From NCBI GenBank assembly GCA_045597145.1, contig JAZODU010000060.1, positions 9,562-73,561 of the forward strand: 64,000 nucleotides of DNA, written 5' to 3'. Each line of letters opens with the position of its first letter. The first letter of the stretch is position 1. This document shows, one piece after another, positions 47,799 through 57,509 of this stretch. The translations under genes and the position numbers were made by a program. The DNA comes from Eubacteriales bacterium (GTDB taxonomy: Bacteria; Bacillota; Clostridia; Oscillospirales; CAG-272). A model generated the notes under the pieces. That model saw nothing but the letters and a program-made list of their open reading frames with translations, was not told the DNA's origin and made no database searches.

Positions 47799-48851
47799 AT
47801 GGATACCAACGAATTTGACTTTGAAAATCGGATCATGAATACGAGCTACAGCGCACAGGACTCCGACGTGGAGTTTTCCCTGCGCCCCAAAACGCTCGAC
47901 GATTACATCGGTCAGGAAAAGGTCAAGGAAAACCTCAAGGTGTATATTGAGGCGGCGAAAAAGCGCAACGATCCCTTGGATCACGTGCTTCTCTACGGGC
48001 CTCCCGGACTTGGTAAGACCACGCTTTCCAACATCATTGCCGCCGAAATGGGGGTCAACATCCGCGTCACGTCGGGACCTGCCATTGAAAAGCAGGGAGA
48101 TCTTGCCGCGATCCTGACCAACCTCAACGAGGGCGACGTGCTCTTTATTGACGAGATCCACCGTCTGTCCCGCTCGGTTGAGGAGATCCTTTACCCCGCG
48201 ATGGAGGACTATGCGCTGGATATCATCATCGGAAAGGGGCCGTCGGCGCGCTCGATCCGCATTGATCTGCCGCGCTTTACGCTCATCGGTGCGACAACGC
48301 GCGCAGGTCAGATGACCACACCCCTGCGCGACCGCTTTGGCGTGATCCTCAAGCTGGAGCTCTACACCCCCGAGGAGCTGGCAACCATCGTGCGCCGCAA
48401 CGCGGGAATTTTGGAGATGGAGATCACCGACGACGGTGCGATGGAGATCGCAAGCCGTTCGCGCGGCACGCCGCGTATTGCAAACCGCCTGCTCAAGCGT
48501 GTGCGCGATTTTGCGCAGATCCTCGGTGATGGAAGGATCGATTCCAAGATCGCCAACTACGCGCTCAATAAGCTGGAGATCGACGGCTTGGGGCTTGACA
48601 ACGTAGACCGTCGGATGCTCGAAACCATCATCAAGTTCTACGACGGAGGTCCCGTGGGATTGGAAACGCTTGCCGCAACGGTTGGCGAGGAGGCGATCAC
48701 CCTGGAGGATATGTACGAGCCGTACCTGATGCAGATCGGATTCCTCTCGCGCACGCCGCGCGGTCGGTGCGTCACTCGTCTGGCGTACGATCACCTCGGC
48801 CTCCCCTTCCACGCGCGCGCCGAGCAGATGAAGATTTTTGATGAGGAGTAA
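47799..48851 (+). CDS. ruvB: Holliday junction branch migration DNA helicase RuvB
   Basis: [13 protein letters not shown], Walker [18 protein letters not shown]. Confidence 0.95.
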   Translation: MDTNEFDFENRIMNTSYSAQDSDVEFSLRPKTLDDYIGQEKVKENLKVYIEAAKKRNDPLDHVLLYGPPGLGKTTLSNIIAAEMGVNIRVTSGPAIEKQGDLAAILTNLNEGDVLFIDEIHRLSRSVEEILYPAMEDYALDIIIGKGPSARSIRIDLPRFTLIGATTRAGQMTTPLRDRFGVILKLELYTPEELATIVRRNAGILEMEITDDGAMEIASRSRGTPRIANRLLKRVRDFAQILGDGRIDSKIANYALNKLEIDGLGLDNVDRRMLETIIKFYDGGPVGLETLAATVGEEAITLEDMYEPYLMQIGFLSRTPRGRCVTRLAYDHLGLPFHARAEQMKIFDEE

Positions 48852-48873
48852 AAAAGAATTAGAGATTGTTTGT

Positions 48874-49309
48874 GGGGGAACTTCTTTCAAGAAGTTCCCC
48901 CACTTCAAGAACTTTCACCGCATGGGTATTGACCACCCTCGCAAGGAACCGCAAGCATGACGGTTCCTTTTTTGTTTGTGCGCGGTAAAAGCCCGTTCAT
49001 GCAGTACAGATTTTGCTTCATGTGGTGTTTTTATCGCTGTTCCGCAGGAACTCCCGCTATCACTTGCGCCCCGCATCCCAAGTGCTCCACCAAGTTAGTT
49101 TAATCGAGAAGAAAAATCCCCCGAAATGCGCTTTAGAGAAGCACACCCGACAAATGCCCCTTGCAGATCCCTTGGCACAGCCTCGTGCTTTTTGAACCGC
49201 GTTCAAAAAATTCGACTCCGCGCAGGATGACGCAAGGGGCGTTTGTTGTGCCCTTTTTGTGAAAGTTTTGAAGGGAGAGGGCGACCTTTGAAAAAGTCCC
49301 CCTCTCCCC
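48874..49309. repeat. composite palindrome-bounded intergenic element (copy 2 of 3)
   Basis: Bounded by gggggaacttctttcaagaagttccccc (48874-48901) and gggagagggcgacctttgaaaaagtccccctctccc (49273-49309). Inner inverted arms are tcaagaactttcacc and gtgaaagttttgaaggg. The left ~130 bp aligns with 18558-18690. Confidence 0.75.
48943..48977 (+). terminator. intrinsic terminator after ruvB (inside repeat element)
   Basis: aaggaaccg-caagcatga-cggttcctt followed by ttttgtttg. Confidence 0.7.
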
Positions 49310-49322
49310 AAATTCTCAACCT

Positions 49323-50624
49323 TTAAATATCATTCATACAAACGTCCGCAAAGCTTTCGCGCTTGACGGCGACGTAGCTCTCGCCGCCCTTGAGCATAAC
49401 AACGGGCGGGCGCGGAATACGGTTGTAATTGGACGACATGGAGTAATTATACGCGCCCGTAGTCAGCACCGCCAGAATTTCTCCCCGCGCCACGTTTTCG
49501 GGCAGATCCACGTTCTCCTGCAGAATATCGCCGCTCTCACAGCATCTGCCTGCAACCGTGCAACGGAATTTCGGGCTTCGATCATTTGCGCGGTTCGCCA
49601 GAAGAACCGTATAGGGCGAGCCATACAGGGCGTAGCGCGGGTTGTCGGTCATGCCGCCGTCAACCGATACGTAATCCTTGTACCCCGGGATCCGCTTGAC
49701 CGTGCCGACGCTGTAGAGCGTCATGCCCGCATCGGCAACGATGCTGCGCCCCGGCTCCATGCGTACAGCAGGCAGGGGCATATTCAAAACCGAGCAATGC
49801 GCCTTTACGGCAAGTCCCACGGCGATGATGTTCGCGGTAATGTCGATCTCGGGATGCTCCTCAAGATAGCGCACGCCATAGCCGCCGCCAAGGTCGAGCT
49901 CCTCCAGCACAAAGCCGTATTTCTCACGCATTTTTGCGGCAAAATCCAGCATGATCGCCGCCGCGCGCAGGAACACGTCCGAGTCGAACACCTGCGAGCC
50001 CACGTGACAGTGGTAGCCCGACAGATGAATATGTGAAAGCCCCAGCGTATACACGGTGATCTCCTCTGCCTGCCCCGTTTCGATCGCGGAGCCGAACTTG
50101 GAATCCACCTTGCCCGTGGCGACCGCCGCATAGGTGTGCGGATCGATCCCCGGTGTCAGGCGCAAAAGGATCTTTTGAACCGTTCCGCGCTTTGCAGCCT
50201 CGCGCTCGATCGCGTCCAGCTCCTCGCGGTTGTCCACCACAAAGTAACCGATTCCGCTATCCATGGCATAGGCAATATCCGCGTCGGTCTTGTTATTGCT
50301 GTGAAAATAAGCACGCTCCATGGGAAAGCCCGCGCTCGCGGCGGTGTAGACCTCACCCGAGGACACCACGTCCACGCCCATTCCCTCCTCGCGCATGATG
50401 CGATAGATCTGCTTGAAGGAAGCCGCCTTGCTCGCATACAGCGGCAAAGCCTTTGAGCCGAACGCCTCCAGCATGGCTTTTTTATAGGTGCGGCAACGCT
50501 CGCGGATGCGATCCTCGTCCAAAAGGTACAGGGGCGTGCCGTACTGCTCTGCCAGCGCGGTCGTATCCTGGCCGCCCAAGCACAAATGTCCCTCTGCGTT
50601 GACAGAAAGATTGTTACAAATCAT
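49323..50624 (-). CDS. lysA: diaminopimelate decarboxylase
   Basis: 433 aa with a fold-III PLP decarboxylase layout (YASKA, HSNNK, GGGYG, CESGD). Confidence 0.95.
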   Translation of the reverse strand: MICNNLSVNAEGHLCLGGQDTTALAEQYGTPLYLLDEDRIRERCRTYKKAMLEAFGSKALPLYASKAASFKQIYRIMREEGMGVDVVSSGEVYTAASAGFPMERAYFHSNNKTDADIAYAMDSGIGYFVVDNREELDAIEREAAKRGTVQKILLRLTPGIDPHTYAAVATGKVDSKFGSAIETGQAEEITVYTLGLSHIHLSGYHCHVGSQVFDSDVFLRAAAIMLDFAAKMREKYGFVLEELDLGGGYGVRYLEEHPEIDITANIIAVGLAVKAHCSVLNMPLPAVRMEPGRSIVADAGMTLYSVGTVKRIPGYKDYVSVDGGMTDNPRYALYGSPYTVLLANRANDRSPKFRCTVAGRCCESGDILQENVDLPENVARGEILAVLTTGAYNYSMSSNYNRIPRPPVVMLKGGESYVAVKRESFADVCMNDI

Positions 50625-50662
50625 TCATTTATCCTCGTTTTTCGGATTTCGGTGTCAACGCC

Positions 50663-51412
50663 TCAATCGGCGTCGATCATCGACTTCATGTCGTAAAGAC
50701 CTGCGTTTTTGCCGCACAGAAATTCCGCCGCGGCGATCGCACCCTCGGCAAAGAGTGCGCGGCTGTGCGCCTCGTGCTTGAGCGTGATGGTCTGGGTGTC
50801 CGTGCCCACGATGACCTCGTGCTCGCCGATGATGTTGCCCATGCGGATCGCGTGAACGCCGATCTCGTCTGCCTCGCGCTTTGCCTGCCCTGCGCGACCG
50901 AAGATCAGACGCGCCTTGGTGCGGATCTCACGGATCGCGTTCGCCAGAAGCAATGCTGTGCCGCTGGGCGCGTCCAGCTTGCGGTTGTGGTGCTTTTCGA
51001 TGATCTCGATGTCAGCGTCGGGAAAGGTCTTGGCAGTCATTTTGGCAAGCTCGACCAACAGCGCGATCCCGAGCGACATATTTGCCGAACGGAACACGGG
51101 GATCTCTCTTGCCGCCGCCTCGATATAGGCGTTCTCCTCGTCGGTGTGCCCCGTTGTGGCAAGCACGACTGGCAGCTTTTTTGCTACGGAAAAATCCAGC
51201 ATGGCACGCGTTCCCGTGTGGTGGGAGAAATCCACGATGCAATCGATCTCACCGCAAACGGCACTCCAATCGGTGTACGTGGGAAATTCGCGCGTATCCA
51301 CGGGCAGAATATCAAAGCCCGCGACCGCCTCGGCTCCGCGCACGCCGTCAAGCGCAAGCTTTGCCACTTCTCTTCCCATGCGTCCGCCAACGCCGCAAAT
51401 CAGTATCTTCAT
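50663..51412 (-). CDS. dapB: 4-hydroxy-tetrahydrodipicolinate reductase
   Basis: MKILICGVGGRMG at the N-terminus and EIIEKHHNRKLDAPSGTA. Confidence 0.95.
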   Translation of the reverse strand: MKILICGVGGRMGREVAKLALDGVRGAEAVAGFDILPVDTREFPTYTDWSAVCGEIDCIVDFSHHTGTRAMLDFSVAKKLPVVLATTGHTDEENAYIEAAAREIPVFRSANMSLGIALLVELAKMTAKTFPDADIEIIEKHHNRKLDAPSGTALLLANAIREIRTKARLIFGRAGQAKREADEIGVHAIRMGNIIGEHEVIVGTDTQTITLKHEAHSRALFAEGAIAAAEFLCGKNAGLYDMKSMIDAD

Positions 51413-51432
51413 GTGTTCGTTTCCTTTCGGGA

Positions 51433-52317
51433 TCAGATCAGGTTCTGCTCTTTCATGAGTGCGAGCAGCTTTGCCTCGTTCTGCGCTTCCATGGGCGTCA
51501 GCGGCAGGCGCAGGCTGTTCTCACCGTAGCCCATTGCAGACACCGCCGCCTTGACGGGGATCGGGTTGACCTCGCAGAAGAGCGCGTTGATCAGGTTCAA
51601 AAGATCCAACTGCATCGCGGCACTTCCCGCCACGTCACCCGCAAAGAACTTGCGGCACATCTCGCTCGTCGCCTTCGGCATGATGTTGGAGAGCACCGAG
51701 ATCACGCCCTTACCGCCCAAGGAGAGGACGGGGACGATCTGGTCGTCGTTGCCCGAATAGATGTCCATTTTGCCGCGCACGAGGGACGCCAACTCCGCGA
51801 TCTGCGAAATATTACCGCACGCCTCCTTGATCGCCACGATGTTGGGGTGATCCGCCAGCGCCGCCGCACTTGCGGGCAGAAGATTACAGCCCGTACGCGA
51901 GGGAACGTTATACAGAATGATGGGCTTGGTGCTGATATCCGCCACCGCCTCGAAGGACTTGATCAGTCCCTTCTGGGTCGCCTTGTTGTAGTAAGGCGTG
52001 ACGAGCAGCATCGCGTCAGCCCCCACCTCACACGCGAACTTGGTCAGGTCGATCGCGTAAGCGGTATCGTTCGAGCCTGTGCCCGCGATCACGGGCACCC
52101 GTCCCGCAACCTTCCCCACGGCATAGCGGATCACCTCGCGGTGCTCTTCGTCGGTCAGCGTCGAGCCCTCGCCCGTCGTGCCGCATGCCACGATCGCGTC
52201 GATGCCCTCGGCGATCTGCCATTCAATGAGGCGTCCGAACTGCTCGTAGTCGACCTCTCCGTTCTTGAAGGGGGTCACGATCGCGGTTGCCGCGCCTGTA
52301 AAAATCGTCTGTTTCAT
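51433..52317 (-). CDS. dapA: 4-hydroxy-tetrahydrodipicolinate synthase
   Basis: GAATAIVTPF, CGTTGE, YNVPSRTG and the AIKEA active-site Lys. Confidence 0.95.
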   Translation of the reverse strand: MKQTIFTGAATAIVTPFKNGEVDYEQFGRLIEWQIAEGIDAIVACGTTGEGSTLTDEEHREVIRYAVGKVAGRVPVIAGTGSNDTAYAIDLTKFACEVGADAMLLVTPYYNKATQKGLIKSFEAVADISTKPIILYNVPSRTGCNLLPASAAALADHPNIVAIKEACGNISQIAELASLVRGKMDIYSGNDDQIVPVLSLGGKGVISVLSNIMPKATSEMCRKFFAGDVAGSAAMQLDLLNLINALFCEVNPIPVKAAVSAMGYGENSLRLPLTPMEAQNEAKLLALMKEQNLI

Positions 52318-52342
52318 GTTGTTCGTCCTTTCATGCGTTACA

Positions 52343-52381
52343 TCAAAATGGGCAGAGAAAGCAAGCGCATTTCTCTGCCCA
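52343..52381 (-). terminator. expression-platform terminator of the lysine riboswitch
   Basis: Minus strand GGGCAGAGAAA-UGCGCUUGC-UUUCUCUGCCC followed by AUUUUGAUG. Confidence 0.8.
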
Positions 52382-52415
52382 TCTGCGAATCAAAATTCAC
52401 TCATAACGGGTTCAA

Positions 52416-52575
52416 GATAGCACTCCGCATTTCTGCGACAGCACGGCGGATCTTGTCCGCAATGCCAGGATCACGCGCGCGCCCCGCATGTCCTTCGGCA
52501 CCCAATCCTTTTCCCACCGCAACGCCTGCGCAGGCTGTTCCGCGGCAGCTACTCTTATATAGGTGCGCCTCTATC
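52416..52575 (-). promoter_or_regulatory. lysine riboswitch (L-box) controlling dapA-dapB-lysA
   Basis: The minus strand reads GAUAGAGGCGCACC..AAGAGUAGC...GGGAAAAGG..GUGCCGAAGG...CUGUCGCAGAAAUGCGGAGUGCUAUC. This matches the conserved L-box blocks AGAGGCGC, AGAGUA, GCCGAAG, CUGUC and GGAG.GCUAUC. Confidence 0.9.
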
Positions 52576-52588
52576 ATTATTGGTTGCT

Positions 52589-52617
52589 ATTATAACATAC
52601 TTTCACGGGCTTGTCAA
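52589..52617 (-). promoter_or_regulatory. sigma-A promoter for the lysine-riboswitch operon
   Basis: Minus strand TTGACA (52617-52612), a 17-nt spacer, then TATAAT (52594-52589). Confidence 0.75.
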
Positions 52618-52652
52618 TGCCCTTATGGCATTTTTTGTCGCTTTTTTTAAAA

Positions 52653-53891
52653 TCAGTCGTAGATCGGGAATTTCTCGCAAAGAGCCACGACCTCGGCACT
52701 CACGCGCTCGCGATTTGCCTCGAAGTCGGATGCGATATCCTTCATCCACTGCGCGATCTTGAGCATCTCCGCTTCCTTAAAGCCACGGGAGGTCACGGCA
52801 GGCGTACCCACGCGGATACCGCTGGTGACAAAGGGCTTCTCGGGATCGTTGGGGATCGCGTTCTTGTTGACGGTGATGTGCACCTCGTCAAGACGCTTTT
52901 CCATTTCCTTACCCGTAATGCCGAAGGGGCGCAGGTCGATGAGCATCAGGTGGTTGTCGGTGTCGCCCGAAACGATGCGGAAGCCTGCCTCCTTGAGCGC
53001 GTCGCACAGAACCTTTGCGTTCTTGACGATCTGGGTCTGATATTCCTTAAATTCATCGGTCATCGCCTCGCCAAGGGCTACTGCCTTTGCCGCGATGATG
53101 TGCATCAGGGGTCCTCCCTGCGTTCCCGGGAACACAGCCTTGTCAATCTGCTTTGCGTACTGCTCACGGCAAAGGATCAAGCCGCCACGAGGGCCGCGCA
53201 GCGTTTTGTGCGTGGTGGTGGTGACGACGTCGGCATACGGAACGGGGCTGGGATGAAGCCCTGCCGCAACAAGACCTGCGATGTGCGCCATATCGACCAT
53301 ATAGATCGCGCCCACCTCGTCTGCGATCTCGCGGATCTTTGCAAAATCGATGGTTCTGGAGTATGCGCTAGCACCCGCGATGATCATCTTGGGCTTGCAC
53401 TCAAGAGCTACGCGGCGGATATCCTCATAGTCCAGCATCTCGGTTTCGTCGGACACGCTGTATGGAACGACGTTGAAATACTTACCCGAAATATTGACGG
53501 GAGAGCCGTGGGAAAGATGTCCGCCGTGTGCCAGATTCAGCCCCATGACGGTGTCGCCGGGCTCAAGGAATGCGAAAAAGGTTGCAAGGTTTGCGCTTGC
53601 GCCGCAGTGGGGCTGCACGTTTGCGTGCTCCGCGCCGAAGAGCTTCTTTGCTCTCTCACGTGCGATATCCTCAACGATGTCAACGTACTGACAGCCACCG
53701 TAGTAACGCTTGCCGGGAAAGCCCTCGGCATATTTATTGGTCAGCACCGTGCCTGCCGCCAGAAGCACCGCCTTGGAAACGATGTGCTCGGACGCGATCA
53801 GCTCGATGTTGTTGCGCTGACGGTTCAGCTCCAGCGTACATGCGTCGTACACTTCCTTGTCGTAATTTACCAGCTCATCAAAAAAGTTCAT
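52653..53891 (-). CDS. glyA: serine hydroxymethyltransferase
   Basis: [23 protein letters not shown] (PLP Lys), 412 aa. Confidence 0.95.
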   Translation of the reverse strand: MNFFDELVNYDKEVYDACTLELNRQRNNIELIASEHIVSKAVLLAAGTVLTNKYAEGFPGKRYYGGCQYVDIVEDIARERAKKLFGAEHANVQPHCGASANLATFFAFLEPGDTVMGLNLAHGGHLSHGSPVNISGKYFNVVPYSVSDETEMLDYEDIRRVALECKPKMIIAGASAYSRTIDFAKIREIADEVGAIYMVDMAHIAGLVAAGLHPSPVPYADVVTTTTHKTLRGPRGGLILCREQYAKQIDKAVFPGTQGGPLMHIIAAKAVALGEAMTDEFKEYQTQIVKNAKVLCDALKEAGFRIVSGDTDNHLMLIDLRPFGITGKEMEKRLDEVHITVNKNAIPNDPEKPFVTSGIRVGTPAVTSRGFKEAEMLKIAQWMKDIASDFEANRERVSAEVVALCEKFPIYD

Positions 53892-53921
53892 TTTGTATTC
53901 CTCTCTTTCGGGGGTATTGAT

Positions 53922-54749
53922 TTAAATTTTTTGTTTTTTCCAACCGTTTGCGGTCATGGTCATGACCGATGAAATGCCGCACGCGCGAAGCCGCTCGAGT
54001 GCCTCGTCGAAGGCGCACAGCAGGTGATCCTTATTATGCGCATCGGAATTGAGCGTCACGCTTCCCTTTTTCTCGGCGATCCGCCGCAAAATAAAGGGAG
54101 ACGGATACGGCGTTTTGCGGTAGCCGCGCGAGATCGCGCCCGTGTTGACCTCAAAAATGACGTCCTTTTCAAGCAATGCGTCAAGTGCCTCAAGCGCATA
54201 TCCTACGTATCTCGGGTCACTCTCGTCAATCAGTTCGTCCTTTTCGTTGAATTTGGTCAAGAGGTCGAAATGTCCGACGATATCGCATTTCGTAACGTCG
54301 GCAACGCGCGCGACGCTGTCGTAATACGCCTTGGCATAGCGCATGATATCACCGCCGCAATGCTCCTTTACGGTTTTCACGGTGCGCTCTGCGGAATAAT
54401 CCACGCCGCAGTATTCGCCGTCCAGATGCACGTAATGCACCGAGCCGATCACGTAATCGTAGGGTGCGGTCGGCGCGCCTGCGTGGAAATCCTGCTCCAC
54501 GCCGAGCAAAATATGAATGCGGTCGCCGTATACCTCTTGCAAGCGCTTGACCTCGGCGCGGTAGAGCGGAACGCTCTCCGGCTTCATACCGAACACGCCC
54601 TCAACGCCCGTGCAGCAATGCTCGGAAAAGCCGAGCACCTCCATACCCGCGTCGATCGCCGCCAGAACGACCTCCTCGGGGGTATGCGCACCGTCGCAAA
54701 AGCGGGTGTGCGTGTGCAGATTGCTCCGCACCTGTATCATATCAGGCAT
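53922..54749 (-). CDS. PHP-family histidinol-phosphatase (HisJ-like)
   Basis: SNLHTHTRFCDGAHTPEE and GFSEH, 275-283 aa. Start at MPDMIQ (54749) or 54773. Confidence 0.75.
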   Translation of the reverse strand: MPDMIQVRSNLHTHTRFCDGAHTPEEVVLAAIDAGMEVLGFSEHCCTGVEGVFGMKPESVPLYRAEVKRLQEVYGDRIHILLGVEQDFHAGAPTAPYDYVIGSVHYVHLDGEYCGVDYSAERTVKTVKEHCGGDIMRYAKAYYDSVARVADVTKCDIVGHFDLLTKFNEKDELIDESDPRYVGYALEALDALLEKDVIFEVNTGAISRGYRKTPYPSPFILRRIAEKKGSVTLNSDAHNKDHLLCAFDEALERLRACGISSVMTMTANGWKKQKI

Positions 54750-55554
54750 CGTTTTCCTTCTTTCCAAGCCCATTCTCGATCGTTTCGCGCACGTGTGCGC
54801 AAAGCTCGGACAAGGACTGTGCTTTTACCGTTTCGCTGTCAATGACCTCAAGCACCTCAAGCTCCACCTGCGTTCTCCTGCGCAGCGCGCGCTTGGAGAT
54901 CTGATTGGTGCCCTTTGTGGTGATCACGACAATGGGGGCGTTCGTGCGCTTGGCGAGGAGGAACGCGCCCTCCTTGAATTCCAGCAATTCGCCCGACTTG
55001 CTCCGTGTTCCCTCGGGATAGATCCCCATGATCATCTGCTCGCTCAGCATCATTTCGCCCGCGCGCTTGATCGTACGCATCGCCTTCATGGGGTTCTCGC
55101 GGTCGATCGGCAGAAAGCCTGCGTTATGCACGTAAGAGCCCGCAACGGGGATCTTGAAGTTGGATTGCTTGGAAATGAACGCGATCTTGCGGTGCTTGAC
55201 CTTGGAAAGCACCACGATCGGGTCAAAATTGGACAAATGATTGGACACCAGCACGAAGGGCTCGTTCGGGAATTGCTCCATTCCCTTGAAGCGGACCCTG
55301 ACACCAAGGAGCGTCAGAAGCCAATCACAACTGAATTGGATCATGAAATAGACGCCGCGCAAGGGCTTTTCGATGGGCTTATCCTTTTTGGGAAAGAAAA
55401 GCGTGGAAAGCCAGAGCAGGCAGAAATAGAGCGGATTGATCAGAATGAACAAGCCGATAAAGATCGGAATTGCCCACAAAAGGTGGATCTCCGCCAAAAG
55501 CGCGATACCGACACTGCCGAGTGCCGACAGCACCAGAAAAATGTAACAAAGCAT
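54742..55554 (-). CDS. plsC: 1-acyl-sn-glycerol-3-phosphate acyltransferase
   Basis: The HX4D motif appears as SNHLSNFD, with IYPEGTRS and N-terminal TM helices. Confidence 0.85.
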   Translation of the reverse strand: MLCYIFLVLSALGSVGIALLAEIHLLWAIPIFIGLFILINPLYFCLLWLSTLFFPKKDKPIEKPLRGVYFMIQFSCDWLLTLLGVRVRFKGMEQFPNEPFVLVSNHLSNFDPIVVLSKVKHRKIAFISKQSNFKIPVAGSYVHNAGFLPIDRENPMKAMRTIKRAGEMMLSEQMIMGIYPEGTRSKSGELLEFKEGAFLLAKRTNAPIVVITTKGTNQISKRALRRRTQVELEVLEVIDSETVKAQSLSELCAHVRETIENGLGKKENDA

Positions 55555-55566
55555 TCCTTACCTCAA

Positions 55567-56478
55567 TTATTTTGCGGCTACGGGCTCTTCCTTTGCCGCT
55601 TTTTTGCCCGAGCGGACGGTGTAGGAGGTCACGCCGAGAACCGTTTCTCCGTCGATCTGCAGGGATCTGGGAGAATCAAATTCCACGGTGATCTCGTGTC
55701 CCGTGCCGATCGCAACGATCTTTTCGTGCTTGACGTGCTCACCCTTGAAGATCGACGGGAACACCATCAGCGTTTTCAGAGCGCTTGAACCGTGGAACAT
55801 GCAGAAGGACACCTTGCCCTCGGGATCGAGGCGATCCTGTTGGGGTGTCACCATCATGCCGCCACCGTAGTATCTGCCCTTCATCGTGGGTGCAATCCAC
55901 GTTTTGGGATATTTTTTCGTCACGCCGTCCACCGTGACCGTTGCGTTTGCGGGCTTGAACTTTCCAAGCAGCCCCTTGATCGCAATCGCGGTGTAATTGA
56001 CGGGCTTATCCGACGTTTCGCGGATCTTATCCCCCATCTCACAGCAATATCCGTCGATGCCAAATCCGATGCCGTTGATGAAGCGGTAGGTCTTGCCGTT
56101 GACCGTGACAGTTGGCAGATCCTTGATGTAATTGCCGAGCGGGATCAGCTCGTCGGAATCGGGAGATACGTCCTTTTTGAAGTCGTTTCCGCTTCCTGCG
56201 GGATAGTAAAAGAGCTTTTCGGGAAGTGCGTTGCCCTCGTTTTCGTTGATAAAGCGATTGAGCGTTCCGTCACCGCCAGCGAGAATGACCGTGTCGTTTT
56301 GGAGGTCGACCGTGCTCCAGAATGCGGAATAATCGCCCAGCTTGCAAAGATCCACGAAGGTATGCTCCTCGTTTCCCAGCTTTTCGGCGAGTACCTTTGC
56401 CAGCGCCTCTCCTTGCTTGCTTGCAGAGAGCGGATTGTAGAGAATGTAATACATAAACGAATTTTCCTGCCCTTTCAT
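55567..56478 (-). CDS. diacylglycerol/lipid kinase family protein (YegS/DagK-like)
   Basis: ILAGGDGTLN motif, 303 aa. Confidence 0.8.
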   Translation of the reverse strand: MKGQENSFMYYILYNPLSASKQGEALAKVLAEKLGNEEHTFVDLCKLGDYSAFWSTVDLQNDTVILAGGDGTLNRFINENEGNALPEKLFYYPAGSGNDFKKDVSPDSDELIPLGNYIKDLPTVTVNGKTYRFINGIGFGIDGYCCEMGDKIRETSDKPVNYTAIAIKGLLGKFKPANATVTVDGVTKKYPKTWIAPTMKGRYYGGGMMVTPQQDRLDPEGKVSFCMFHGSSALKTLMVFPSIFKGEHVKHEKIVAIGTGHEITVEFDSPRSLQIDGETVLGVTSYTVRSGKKAAKEEPVAAK

Positions 56479-56515
56479 GATCTTTTGAATCGAACTCTGT
56501 CGAAAAATTCATCTT

Positions 56516-56544
56516 ATTATAACATATATTTATTCTGCGGTCAA
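56516..56544 (-). promoter_or_regulatory. sigma-A type promoter for lipid kinase-plsC-PHP operon
   Basis: Minus strand TTGACC (56544-56539), a 17-nt spacer, then TATAAT (56521-56516). Confidence 0.6.
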
Positions 56545-56595
56545 GGCGTTTTTGCCCCGTTCTTTTGGGCAATCGCGTCTAAATGCACAAAAAGA

Positions 56596-57384
56596 TCAGC
56601 AAGTATACACCGAAACAAATTCCTTCGGGGTCATATCGGTCAATTCCTTAAAGACCTTGCAAAAATAGGCGGCGTTGGAAAAGCCGCACCGCTCTGCAAC
56701 TTCACCGACGCGCACGCTCGGCGTTTGCAGAAGGATCTGCTTGGCGCGGCGGATGCGCGTACGTCGCAGAAAATCGGTTGGCGTCGTGTGCTCCTCCTCA
56801 CGAAACAGGCGGAACAGAAGCGAGGGAGAGATCCCCGCCTCGCGCGCCACCTCCCCGACCGAAAGCTCGGCATCGTAGCAATGCTGCTCGATGTAGTTTT
56901 TCGCACGCATGAAGCTCGGCGTTGCTTGGTTTCCGTGGAGCTCGGCAAAAAAGCGGGTCAGGATCTCGTAGAGTGCGCAGGAGAGCCGATCGGGCGTGCA
57001 ATTGCGCGCGCCCAAGCGCGCGCTGTGCCCGATCATGGACATCAGAGCGTCGCTTTTGAGATAAGTAAAATTCTCGGCGCGCCAATATTCCAGCAGCCGA
57101 TCCGCCATTTCGCCGTCAAAGGTGAGAAAGCCTACCTTGAAGGTGTTCTCTGCAGGATAATAGCACGTGGGATAATTTTTGCGGATAAAGAGGACGGTTC
57201 CCGCGCCCAGCGTAACGCGCCCGTTCGGCGTTTCAAACACGCCGCTTCCCTCTTCCACACAAAAAATGTGATGCCCCCAAAAGCCTTCGGGGCGATCGAC
57301 TCTCGGCTGATCGTAATCCGTTCCCGCCGTGATCACGTAAAGCGGCAACAGCTCGCATCGGGTATCGTCCGTATAAAAAAACAT
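56596..57384 (-). CDS. AraC family transcriptional regulator (cupin + HTH)
   Basis: The C-terminus GEVAERCGFSNAAYFCKVFKELTDMTPKEF is a typical AraC HTH-2. Divergent from the GH2 gene. Confidence 0.9.
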   Translation of the reverse strand: MFFYTDDTRCELLPLYVITAGTDYDQPRVDRPEGFWGHHIFCVEEGSGVFETPNGRVTLGAGTVLFIRKNYPTCYYPAENTFKVGFLTFDGEMADRLLEYWRAENFTYLKSDALMSMIGHSARLGARNCTPDRLSCALYEILTRFFAELHGNQATPSFMRAKNYIEQHCYDAELSVGEVAREAGISPSLLFRLFREEEHTTPTDFLRRTRIRRAKQILLQTPSVRVGEVAERCGFSNAAYFCKVFKELTDMTPKEFVSVYTC

Positions 57385-57509
57385 GCGCGTTCCTTTCGTG
57401 TAGAATTTTTATATTTTTGCAGAAATTTGTTATTTACATTCCTTTGATAATCCATTATACTACAATCAAGACCAAATGTCAACCACTAACCCAAAAAAGG
57501 AGAAAAGAC

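Noticed and set aside
44072-48908. Minus-strand ORFs of 520, 458 and 377 aa opposite yfhO, ruvA and ruvB
   Set aside because: They are antisense to well-supported genes, have no motifs and show biased composition.
51082-57447. Plus-strand ORFs of 522, 453, 392 and 551 aa opposite the dapA/riboswitch, glyA, plsC and lipid kinase/araC regions
   Set aside because: These are shadow frames. One of them would run straight through the lysine riboswitch and its promoter.
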